The translations under genes and the position numbers were made by a program. From an uncultured virus (IMG/VR IMGVR_UViG_3300027793_000005) (lineage: Duplodnaviria; Heunggongvirae; Uroviricota; Caudoviricetes): 64,000 bases of DNA. Each line of letters starts with the position of its first letter. Position 1 is the first letter of the stretch. The notes under the pieces were generated by a model. The model was not told where the DNA came from. It worked only from the letters and a program-made list of their open reading frames with translations, and did not search any database. The stretch is taken from the IMG/VR virus record IMGVR_UViG_3300027793_000005. The stretch is one strand, 5' to 3'. Below are positions 43,122-52,565 of this stretch, one piece after another.

Positions 43122-46100
43122 TCACTCTTCGTCATCTTCGATTTTGTAGTCAGCCTCCAGCGCACGACGGGACCTCTCGGGCACGTTGATGCCATAAATC
43201 GAGTTGCGGGTGTTGTTCCGCCGTCTGGTGAACGACTCTTGCATGTCTTGACTGCTGATGACGTTACGGGTCTTTCGGACAAACTCGTTCTGGTTGAACT
43301 TTCTGATGGCTTCAACTGCCTCTCTCGTACCCTCCCTATCCCCGTTGATACGTGCCAGATAGAGCCTGTCGAGGAGCGCGGTCTTGCGCTTGGTGAGATT
43401 GTTCATGCGACCGGCAAGCGCCCCTGCCGACTCGGAGCGCCGCGCCACTTCGACCGGGGTGAACCCCAATGTCTGCATGAAGAGTTCATACTTGTTGAAG
43501 TCATCGAAGATCAACTCACCGCTTCGGCTCTTAGCACCGTCCACGGTGAAGCGGTACGCTTTAAGACCGTTGCGGATAGCCGCAGGAGTCGCCGCTTCCA
43601 GTGCCCGGTCAACATGTCCTTCGTCGAGGTCTTTTGCCGCACGAAAGAACCCCATACCAGCAGCGTAAGCAGGCCCAAAGATCTGCTCTGCCGCAAACAA
43701 TACCGGACCTACTTCCTCTAGACGCTTGTCGTCGTCCCTCCAAAGCAGCCCGTTGAACCCGGTACGGGACGCCAAATCTGCCATAAAAAGTTCATTGATC
43801 ACGCCCTTATGAGCCAAAGCCCCGACAGACTGTCGTACGACTTCATTCGACTTCAACGGGTCATCGTCGTCACCAAACATGTCGGACAAGACGTCAGCAA
43901 GCAACGTAGCCGCGCTGTAAAACGGCATACCATGCAGCCCGGCGAACACGAACGACATAGCCGAGATGCCGATGAGTTGCTTGGCAGCGAGTTTCTTCAC
44001 TTCGGGAGTCTCTCCCCTGACTGCCTCTCGCAACAACTTGGACAGCAGGTAGATCTGTGTCTGAGCGAAGTTCTTGAAGGTGAACGCGACCTTGAAGAAC
44101 CCTGTCTGGAACACACGCGGCGAGGTCTCAGTCAAGACCGTACCATGAGACATCGTCACAAGTTCTATCGCGTCTGAGATCGCTTTGTCTACGTTTCCTC
44201 CGTTCTTCTTCATCTCCAGATTGAACGCAGCGATCAGCGTCACTTCCCTATTGAACCGTTCTGAGTTCTGGAACACCCATCCGAGGATCTGTTCCGTCTT
44301 GGCCATCAGGCCGACATAATCCCCCATCCCATAGTTCTTCTTCCTGCCTTCCACAAGGTCGTACCCGGTCGAGCGCCGGATAGCACTCTGCCTCACAGCA
44401 GCCTTGTACAGCCGACCCAGCGGCGAATTGGGCGGCAATCCAATACCGAAACTGAAATCCGCCGGGAACTTCTTGACCCCGCCCGGAATGTTGTCGTTGT
44501 CGAAACCGCCCTTGAAGTACTGCTTGGTGGCGTCAGTCATCGCTGCGCTTGCTGCGTTCGCACCGTATCGCCCGACCAGCATCGGGTACACGACCATAGG
44601 CAACTGGGTCGTATTGATCACGGCAGTCGAGATGTTGCCTATGATGTACCAGTAGTAACTGAAAGACGACAGCGCGTTGACAAGCGTACCGTTACCGGGA
44701 TCGCGCAGGTACTCGATCTGCTTCTCAAGGTTGTTGATAAGGATCGGCACTGAACGGTTTTTGCTAGCGCCTGAACCAGCGTAGACTTTTGCTTCTTGCT
44801 TGACCTCATCGAACGCCTTGTCGATTTCCGGCACGTACTCCAGACTCGTAAGTTGGTTCGCCATACGGCTGGCGACAGTCGCGTACACGTTCATCAAGTC
44901 AGACTCGTAGCCCTTATAGCCGTCACGCTTGCGGTACAACTGCCGCACAGACGAAGCCGGGATCTGATCAAGGTACATCTCATACAGCGCCCGCTTGACT
45001 GCTTCAGGGGCGTTGCGGCTCTTGAGGTCATCAAGCACACGGTTGAAGAACGTGCCCGGCCCGTTGTTCTGGAAGAAGTCCTCGACGCGGGCGAACATCT
45101 GCTCGCTACCGCGCATCGCCCCATTGGCTACCGCTTCCTTCCAAGCGAGTTCACGCTCGTAGTTGGACTTGAACGACTGCACCACAGTCTCGTTGTTGGC
45201 GTCCTGATACCGAAGCCAGTAATCCCCCTCACGGTAGAGCGGCAGGTAGACCCGCAGGCGCTTCTTCGCCATCTCACGCTGCAAGCGGTTGGCCTCACGC
45301 GGGGACAAGTTTTTGGAGATGAGCGTCAAGTATTCATCGGCCATCCCCTTGTAACTCGCCAGCATCTCCCAGTACATCTTCTGGAGATCAGTAGGCAGGC
45401 GGTTGAACCGCTGAGTCAAGGGGTGACTAGCGAACTTCTGGTTGTTGAACTCGACCTGCAAGCGCGTCGATTCATGGGCGATCTCGTAGAAATCATCTTT
45501 GTGCTTGATGTGCTTCTTGATGACGTCGTTCCACTTGCGGATGTTGCGATCGAGGCCCTCCTTCCTGTCCTTCAAGGCGCTGGCACGGACGTTCAGCACG
45601 TTGAGCAGGCCCTTCAGGGTGGGCAGTTCCTTGGCGAACATCTGCACGTGCTGGGGGAGCGAGGTGAACATGTACAACGCCGACCGCATGGCGTCCGTGA
45701 TACGGGTCGAGTCCAACGCAGCGCGTACAGCGATATAGGTCTTGTTGTTGAACCTAGGCTGACTGTTGATGGCAGCGCCGACGTTGTTGAGCGCCGCACG
45801 GCCCGCACGGCGAGACTGCCTTATGTCATTGGCTTTGGGGCTGAACTTGCCGCTGTTACCGATGGCAGACTTGACCTGATTAGGCTCATAGACAGCGAGG
45901 TTTTTAGCCTCGACGCGATCCCCTAATTGGGGTGAAAACATGCTTTCCAGCACATAAAAGCCGTCATGGCCGATCTTTTTGATCGCCTTTTGCACTGTCG
46001 GGTTCTCGATAGTGCGCCAATCCCCGTCTTTAATAGCCGAAACCATCTCGTCCCAGTTAAGAAAGTCTCCGGTGGCCCTGACATTCCCCCCTGATTTGTC

Positions 46101-49100
46101 AAACTCTTCAGCAAGAGCGGCCTCAAGTGCTGCAATATGCTGCTGATTTTCGTAGTCAAACGGGTTCTTGGCGTTGACGTACACCGCGTAAATAGGGCCT
46201 ACGTCGTAATCGTACTCATCAACCGTAAAGCGGTCAGCAAAATACGGATCAGGTGACAAGAAAATAGCCTTTGCACGCCCACCGGGCCGGAACACCGAAA
46301 ACACTTTCGGGGAGCCGTGATACATGATGATGGGGCGACCCTCTTCGTCCACCACCTTGGACCCACTGAACCAATCCCAGAAGTTCTTCAACCCTTCGAT
46401 GCTCGGGAAAATAGGACGCGGACCCTTGAACCCCATAGCCTCCTTGATCATGGAAGCCGCCATAGTATCGTTAGGCGTGCCTAGTCCATCGAGGAAGTCC
46501 TTGACCGCCTGTGAAGGCAGGAACTCGGGGCGTTTGCCCGTGAGGTAGGCTGCAATCCGCTTCAGTTTGGCAGCGAGAGTTGAGAAGAACTTCTCTACGA
46601 CAGACAGCGGCTTCTCGCTGGTCGTCATCCACTTGGCTACGTTGTCCGCGAACCACTCCGCAAACGACTTGAAGTACTCTTGGTCTTTCTCGCTAAGCAC
46701 CATGTCTTCGGACAGGTCCGACAAATCGGCTTCCGCCGTTGCCCATGCACGTACTTTGCGGATCAACTTGGCGGTGGTCTCACCCTCGTTCTCGGAAAGC
46801 CATGCCAGATAGTCATTGAAGATGGCGTTCCGCGTCTTCTCGTCCGCGTTGCTGAGCGCTTCGTATTCGACGATATGCCCAAGTTCATGCCCGATGTTTT
46901 CGAGCAAAACATTTATTTCCGTGTTTGAATCCACGAACAAGGCGTAGCCCTGCCCGTTAGGAAGGGGCATAACAGCGCCAAACGTATTCGGGCTTGTCGC
47001 GTCCGTCACCAGCCCTTCGACACTGAATCCGTCATACAAGCCGTACTTGTCTGCGGTAGCGGTCAACGCCTCCGGGGTGGCCAACTCGACTTTGTCAAGC
47101 ACGATGATGTTGGTGTTCCCAAGCCCGATCTGACTGACGATGGACTTGATGAACCCGTCAACACGGGGACTAAAGCGCGGGCTGACGACCACCTTGCTTT
47201 TACCAAACGGTCCTTTACGCCCACGCGGAGTCCCCCTCGCGGCGAGACGTTTGGCAACACGATCGGCCACCTCTTTCTTCTGCTCCGTCGTCGGAGCGCT
47301 AGGACGGCGTTGGGCTTGAGGAGCATTTCTGTCGCGCTCAGTTTTTCTCGGCAAGCCCGGAACATCAGGTGCAGGCGAGGCCTCTACTTTTTGCGTAACG
47401 CTCGCTTCAGGTGCGGTGTACTTGACCGTCATCTGCGGGGGCGGGATGAACTTATCGAGCGCACCCACCTCGTCCGGAACCACGCCTACGCGGGCACCCC
47501 CACTGTAATTCGGTACGATGTAATTGTTCCAGTTATCGACGCCGACGTTGATGCAGCCATATGAGACCTTGTTGTCCGTCGCGTCAGCAGAAGCCAGCCG
47601 CTCAAGACGGCGCTCCTTGATGTCCCCTGTATATACCTGATGGATCGCCATCGAACCTCGGTTGCCCTGCGCGTCTTGAAAAAACAGTGCAAGCCCGAAG
47701 TTCTTCTCTGGCCTTAGTACAGCGGTGTAGTCACCAGCGGGAGTGATCTTCTCGTTGTCGAGAGTCTGATCGATCTCCTGCCCGGTCATCTGCTGGCCTA
47801 TCGGGTGCGACAGCACATCCCCCGCAGCCTTGCCGTATAGCGCGGGGAAGAACTTGATCAACTCCCCGTCCGCTTTGAAGAGGAAGATCTGCCCCGTAGG
47901 CTTGTCTGCGATGATGAACGGAATACCCTTGTTGTCCAACATGAACCGCTCATACGTAGCGCGGGCAGCGGGGGACATGGCCTCTGCCGCTTCAGCCGGG
48001 GGGGCGGGTTTGTCGGCCTCAACCGTAGTCACCGTGGACTTCGTAGTCACGAACGTGGGCTTCGCGTTCAAGTTCATGAACGCGGAGTTGTTGAACACCG
48101 CACCCGTCGAGAGCAGTCCAACTATGATCGCACGGACGATGCCACGCAGGCGGGCACGAACAGACGTGATGCCTTGGTTGACACCCTTGATGACTTCTTC
48201 AAGGAAACCTTTCTTGGCAGCGTCGTTGTACGAGTCCTGCCCGAACTCCTTGGCGATAACACCTTTTTGGGTCTCGCTAAGCCGATCGTGGACGAGGCTC
48301 TGCTCGGACTCAGATAGGGTCTGGGTCGGGGCTTCTTGGGCAGGCTCGACAGCGGTGGGTGCTTCCGTCAGTGCAGGCTCGCCGCGTCCTTCTCGTTCAG
48401 CAGCCCGTTCAGCAGCAGGTGCAGTACCCCCCACTCCTCCGACTGAAGGTTCCGCAGCACCGAGTCCTTCGGCGGCATCTCGCTGTACAGACAGATCAGG
48501 GCTTCCTGCAACTGCTCCAGAGACAACTTGCTCAGCACTGGTTGATACGGGTTCACTTGTAGTCTCCGTGGTGGGAGTGGTGGGTGTCGCAGCAGGCGTC
48601 TCCGGGGCTTTGCGAGTGAACACCACGGACCCGTCAGGATTGTCGGTGCGCGTGAACTCCTGCTGGAGAACCCTGCGAATCAGCCAACGCAGCCCCTTAA
48701 TGTCTCTCTTCGGGTTCTTGAAAGTGATGCTCTCGACAGCCCTCGGGGCGAAGATGTCGCTGCGGTACTCGACTCCGCCGATGACGCCAGTCCCCGGTTT
48801 CGGGTTGAGTTCGCCGCTCACGGAGTTGGGGCGGAACCGAACCATCACGCCCTTGTTGTTACCCTGCCCGATCGCCAAGTCGGGGTCATCGGTGACGAAC
48901 CCGCCGATATGTGAGAACTGTTTGTCCGAGATGAGCAGGTCGAGCAAGTTGTCCGCAGAGGTCTCGCGGAACAGCGGCTTGCCCTCCGCGATCACGTTTG
49001 GGATTATGACCGTGGGGCCAAAAGGGATTCTCTGGATCGAGTCAACGCGTGGGAACATCTCCTCTACTTTCGCCCCAGCGGGCGCAGGGACCATCTCCGG

Positions 49101-50945
49101 GGGCTTAGGTTCGGCAACTTTTTCTTCCGCTAGAGCAGTCTCTACCGCAACCTCTTGCTCGGCCTCGACCGTCTCCGTTGCCTTCGGCGCGAGCAATTTG
49201 AATCTGTCACCTGCCTTGCCATAACGCTCAACGATGCCTTCGTCCACGAAGCCACGCATGACAGCAGCGGCCTTGGGCTGGTTCAGCCCGGTAGCCTCAG
49301 AGATCGCCTTGATGGTCGGCCTGACCTTGATGGCTTCAAGCGCCAAAGCACGTACGTCCGGCGTGGGAGCAGGAGCCGGGGCAGGAGCAGCGGGTTCCTC
49401 ACTCAACAACTCCTGCTGAACCGGGCGGTCAGCAAACGGCTTGACGGGGGCCGGGGCGGGAGCCGGAGCGGGAGTAGTTGAAGTTGCAACTGAAGGTGTA
49501 GTTGCAACCTGAATGTTCGGGGCCGGAGCAGGGGGAGCAGGGGGAGCCGGAGCCACCGTGACTTCCCCGTTCATGCGCTGCATGAAGTTCTTGTGAAAGA
49601 CGTCAAGCCGCGTAGTCAGGTTGTCGTAAGTCCGCGACAGATCAGCAGAGAAAGCCTCTACAGACACGTTCCGCGCCGCCGCTTGAGCCGCAAGTTCCTC
49701 CGGGCTGAACAGAAGCGATGCCAGTTGTTCTTGTACCTGCTCCATCTGATCAATCTCTTCATAGACTTGATCATCTGTCAGGTTCATAGGCTCTTTGCGC
49801 AGAGCCTCCGGAGCATCTTCAGCCACAATTCTCGGCGGAGCATTGAGTAAGTCCTGTGCGGACTCGATCGGCTTGGGAGGCGGTGGGGGCGTAGACGCTT
49901 CTTCGGTCTCGCGCTGCTCAAGATCGCCCGGATCCAGCGGGACGGATTCCGGTCTAGCAGGCCCCATAGCGCCAAGCCCACCACCCAAGATCGCACCGGC
50001 AGCGCCTTCAAGAGTGGCCGCGCCCGCCACTCCACGGAACGTGGGGACGTCAAACCCCTCACGCTGCAAGGCGACGTTTTCGGCAAACTGTTCTTGACCT
50101 GCCTGAAGCGCCTCGGGACCGGCTTCCTTAGCCGCGCTCATCGCTGTACGCCGGATCAATCCTTGCTGAGCAGCCTCTTCCGCTGCCTTCCCCGCCGCTG
50201 CACGGCCTAGAATCCTGTTGGCCACAGCCTTTTCAAGCCCCGTCCCGGCTGCGAGGATGCCAAGCCCAGAGCCTGCCAGTATCAGATCGAGGTTCTTGCC
50301 ACCGTACTCTTGCGCCTGCTGAGCGGTGCGTTCAGCCTGTTCTTCCGTAGCGCCAGTCTCAAGCAGCGTCTGCTTGGTGGCGTCATAAATAGAACTCTTG
50401 ATGGTTCCCGCACCAGTCAACGCACCGATAGTCGGCACTGCTACAAGACGCAGCACTCCACCAGCCAGACCGCCGATGATGGTAGGCACCGCCGTGCCCG
50501 CTGCCTGCGAAAGAGTATCAAGCGGAGCAGTAGCAAGCGCTTTAAGGCCTCCAACGACCTGTGCGCCGATACCTTTATCTTCCGCATCTTTCATGATGCG
50601 GGCGACTTCAGCCTGATCTTGCTTGGACTGGGCGCTCAGTAGCCCCTGCAAATAGTCTTCAACGCTACGAATATTCTGAGAGACAGGATTATCCGCACCG
50701 AACGCATCGGTGATAAAGCGGACACCCTGCGCAATACCTGTACCAAACTTGACCGGAACATCGGCTACGCTGCGGAAAACAGACTGTTCTTCAGGGGTAG
50801 GCTCCGGCGCAAACCCGATCTTCCCGGCAAAATCATCGAAAGGGATATCACTGTAGTACGCACGATGCAGCCCCTCCGCAAGTTGTTGATCGGTCAGATC
50901 TTGATACTGCGGATACTGTTTGCGGATTTCAGCGATAGTAGGCAC
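43122..50945 (-). CDS. Giant polyvalent virion ejection protein (wHTH, ART-like, L,D-transpeptidase-like, zincin, ART-PolyVal, PLxRFG-like)
   Basis: 2607 aa; last gene of virion module; motifs AIH...SYGCINV, HELGH, WF.GSKVVD..G.P...YHGS, YLPLYREGDY. Confidence 0.8.
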   Translation of the reverse strand: MPTIAEIRKQYPQYQDLTDQQLAEGLHRAYYSDIPFDDFAGKIGFAPEPTPEEQSVFRSVADVPVKFGTGIAQGVRFITDAFGADNPVSQNIRSVEDYLQGLLSAQSKQDQAEVARIMKDAEDKGIGAQVVGGLKALATAPLDTLSQAAGTAVPTIIGGLAGGVLRLVAVPTIGALTGAGTIKSSIYDATKQTLLETGATEEQAERTAQQAQEYGGKNLDLILAGSGLGILAAGTGLEKAVANRILGRAAAGKAAEEAAQQGLIRRTAMSAAKEAGPEALQAGQEQFAENVALQREGFDVPTFRGVAGAATLEGAAGAILGGGLGAMGPARPESVPLDPGDLEQRETEEASTPPPPPKPIESAQDLLNAPPRIVAEDAPEALRKEPMNLTDDQVYEEIDQMEQVQEQLASLLFSPEELAAQAAARNVSVEAFSADLSRTYDNLTTRLDVFHKNFMQRMNGEVTVAPAPPAPPAPAPNIQVATTPSVATSTTPAPAPAPAPVKPFADRPVQQELLSEEPAAPAPAPAPTPDVRALALEAIKVRPTIKAISEATGLNQPKAAAVMRGFVDEGIVERYGKAGDRFKLLAPKATETVEAEQEVAVETALAEEKVAEPKPPEMVPAPAGAKVEEMFPRVDSIQRIPFGPTVIIPNVIAEGKPLFRETSADNLLDLLISDKQFSHIGGFVTDDPDLAIGQGNNKGVMVRFRPNSVSGELNPKPGTGVIGGVEYRSDIFAPRAVESITFKNPKRDIKGLRWLIRRVLQQEFTRTDNPDGSVVFTRKAPETPAATPTTPTTETTSEPVSTSAEQVVSGAVAGSPDLSVQRDAAEGLGAAEPSVGGVGGTAPAAERAAEREGRGEPALTEAPTAVEPAQEAPTQTLSESEQSLVHDRLSETQKGVIAKEFGQDSYNDAAKKGFLEEVIKGVNQGITSVRARLRGIVRAIIVGLLSTGAVFNNSAFMNLNAKPTFVTTKSTVTTVEADKPAPPAEAAEAMSPAARATYERFMLDNKGIPFIIADKPTGQIFLFKADGELIKFFPALYGKAAGDVLSHPIGQQMTGQEIDQTLDNEKITPAGDYTAVLRPEKNFGLALFFQDAQGNRGSMAIHQVYTGDIKERRLERLASADATDNKVSYGCINVGVDNWNNYIVPNYSGGARVGVVPDEVGALDKFIPPPQMTVKYTAPEASVTQKVEASPAPDVPGLPRKTERDRNAPQAQRRPSAPTTEQKKEVADRVAKRLAARGTPRGRKGPFGKSKVVVSPRFSPRVDGFIKSIVSQIGLGNTNIIVLDKVELATPEALTATADKYGLYDGFSVEGLVTDATSPNTFGAVMPLPNGQGYALFVDSNTEINVLLENIGHELGHIVEYEALSNADEKTRNAIFNDYLAWLSENEGETTAKLIRKVRAWATAEADLSDLSEDMVLSEKDQEYFKSFAEWFADNVAKWMTTSEKPLSVVEKFFSTLAAKLKRIAAYLTGKRPEFLPSQAVKDFLDGLGTPNDTMAASMIKEAMGFKGPRPIFPSIEGLKNFWDWFSGSKVVDEEGRPIIMYHGSPKVFSVFRPGGRAKAIFLSPDPYFADRFTVDEYDYDVGPIYAVYVNAKNPFDYENQQHIAALEAALAEEFDKSGGNVRATGDFLNWDEMVSAIKDGDWRTIENPTVQKAIKKIGHDGFYVLESMFSPQLGDRVEAKNLAVYEPNQVKSAIGNSGKFSPKANDIRQSRRAGRAALNNVGAAINSQPRFNNKTYIAVRAALDSTRITDAMRSALYMFTSLPQHVQMFAKELPTLKGLLNVLNVRASALKDRKEGLDRNIRKWNDVIKKHIKHKDDFYEIAHESTRLQVEFNNQKFASHPLTQRFNRLPTDLQKMYWEMLASYKGMADEYLTLISKNLSPREANRLQREMAKKRLRVYLPLYREGDYWLRYQDANNETVVQSFKSNYERELAWKEAVANGAMRGSEQMFARVEDFFQNNGPGTFFNRVLDDLKSRNAPEAVKRALYEMYLDQIPASSVRQLYRKRDGYKGYESDLMNVYATVASRMANQLTSLEYVPEIDKAFDEVKQEAKVYAGSGASKNRSVPILINNLEKQIEYLRDPGNGTLVNALSSFSYYWYIIGNISTAVINTTQLPMVVYPMLVGRYGANAASAAMTDATKQYFKGGFDNDNIPGGVKKFPADFSFGIGLPPNSPLGRLYKAAVRQSAIRRSTGYDLVEGRKKNYGMGDYVGLMAKTEQILGWVFQNSERFNREVTLIAAFNLEMKKNGGNVDKAISDAIELVTMSHGTVLTETSPRVFQTGFFKVAFTFKNFAQTQIYLLSKLLREAVRGETPEVKKLAAKQLIGISAMSFVFAGLHGMPFYSAATLLADVLSDMFGDDDDPLKSNEVVRQSVGALAHKGVINELFMADLASRTGFNGLLWRDDDKRLEEVGPVLFAAEQIFGPAYAAGMGFFRAAKDLDEGHVDRALEAATPAAIRNGLKAYRFTVDGAKSRSGELIFDDFNKYELFMQTLGFTPVEVARRSESAGALAGRMNNLTKRKTALLDRLYLARINGDREGTREAVEAIRKFNQNEFVRKTRNVISSQDMQESFTRRRNNTRNSIYGINVPERSRRALEADYKIEDDEE

Positions 50946-50951
50946 GGGGTA

Positions 50952-52565
50952 TTACCGAATACCGAGCGGATCAGTCAAAGACGTGGTAGCAGTAACGGGC
51001 GCTCCGCCTGCTCTGGTCAATTGGTCGCGCTCACGTTCAACACCAGCGAGTTCTCTACGGGCATCGTCATATGCTGCTTTTTCTGTTGGACTAAGATCAA
51101 ACCCCCGAAGGCTGTTTATATACTCAGTCAAGGAATCAGCCCTGTTTTTCAACACAGCAAGCCTGTTCTTCACCTCGGTCTCAGGAGTGATCGCGCCCGG
51201 CGTGGGCTTCATGCCTGCTAGGTCGGCACGGGAGGCTGCACCGATTTCGGCAGCACGGATAGTGGCCCCAGCACTTCTACGCGAGTTCTCTACGGTGGCA
51301 GCAATCTGCGCGTAGTCCACCTTCAACTTGTCTTCATGTTGCTGACGCTGAAGCATCTCAGTACGCGCCTGCTGGGCGATCTGCATAGCGCTCTTGAAAT
51401 CGCCTTCCTTCTCAAGTTCTTCTGCCTCGCGCAGTTTAAGCATGGACTCCTTAAGCCCACGACGGTTGGCATCCATCTCTTTCTGGATACCGCGAAGCGC
51501 CTGAGTGCCAGACATAGCACCCTCAGCCAACGCGCCCAAGAAAGTAGCACCCGGACGTGACGCGGCAGCGGCCATCTTGAACCCCGCCTCAGCAAACGCC
51601 ATCATGCGGTCGCGCCCAAACTGTTCAGTCAGTTTGTTGTTCTCGTCAGACAAGAACTGCCGCATCTCCTGCCGCGCAGCCCCAAGCCCTTCACGCTTAC
51701 GAAACGCCTGAATCCGATCGTACTCACGGCTTTCCATGTCCTCGCGGGTCGGCTCGGCCGCAGCCTTTGTTGCAGGAGGAGTAGAAGCCATGCGGGTGCT
51801 GGTAGCAGTCTCGCGGCGAGGAACAAAAGCGCCGTCCCCCTGTTCCACAGGAGAAGCAGAAACTGCGGGGCTTTCCTGTGCTCGCTCAGTGGCAAGCCGA
51901 TCATCTTGTGCCTTTTCAAGCGGATTCTGCGGTCCGCGTTTAAGAGCAGTTGTAGAGAACGGACTAGTGCTTTCAGGCGCAGGACTAAGCGCGGAAGCAG
52001 GAGCCACGCCACGGGATTTCAGTACTTGCAACGACCTATATGCCTGCTTATAAGCGGGTTCAAATTGCTTCAAAACCTGCTGCTTCTGCTCAGAAGAAAG
52101 CGAACCAAAGTTAGGCATCTGCTTGCGCACGAAAGATATGATGTCGGTCGTATCAGTCATGAAGTCCGGCACTTTGGCCCGCAAGTCGTCGTTGAATTCG
52201 TAGGAGACCGTACCACCGCCGTCAAACGCCACGATGCCGCCGCCTGCGAACTGAGCCTGCTCCATAGCCGGAGCGGGCATGCCACCAAGCCCCTGCTGCA
52301 TCGCCATCTGCTGCTGACGCTGCTGAGCCTCAGCCATGTTCAACTGATCACGGATGGTGGGCGGGGTCTGCGGAGCCTGCACGGGCTGCTGCTTCAGACG
52401 CTGGAATTGGTTCATCATGGCGTATAGGTCCGCCATAGGAGCCACGCCCTGCGTAGCCATGCTCTTGACATACGCAATCGCCTGATCCGGCGGCATACCC
52501 TTCGACATCGCCTGCTGGAGCGAAGCCATCATGGCCCGCCCGGTACCGCTGACTGGACCGATCAT
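50952..52565 (-). CDS. Internal virion / ejection protein
   Basis: Q-rich N-terminus, FAGGGIVAF motif, coiled coils, position. Confidence 0.7.
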   Translation of the reverse strand: MIGPVSGTGRAMMASLQQAMSKGMPPDQAIAYVKSMATQGVAPMADLYAMMNQFQRLKQQPVQAPQTPPTIRDQLNMAEAQQRQQQMAMQQGLGGMPAPAMEQAQFAGGGIVAFDGGGTVSYEFNDDLRAKVPDFMTDTTDIISFVRKQMPNFGSLSSEQKQQVLKQFEPAYKQAYRSLQVLKSRGVAPASALSPAPESTSPFSTTALKRGPQNPLEKAQDDRLATERAQESPAVSASPVEQGDGAFVPRRETATSTRMASTPPATKAAAEPTREDMESREYDRIQAFRKREGLGAARQEMRQFLSDENNKLTEQFGRDRMMAFAEAGFKMAAAASRPGATFLGALAEGAMSGTQALRGIQKEMDANRRGLKESMLKLREAEELEKEGDFKSAMQIAQQARTEMLQRQQHEDKLKVDYAQIAATVENSRRSAGATIRAAEIGAASRADLAGMKPTPGAITPETEVKNRLAVLKNRADSLTEYINSLRGFDLSPTEKAAYDDARRELAGVERERDQLTRAGGAPVTATTSLTDPLGIR

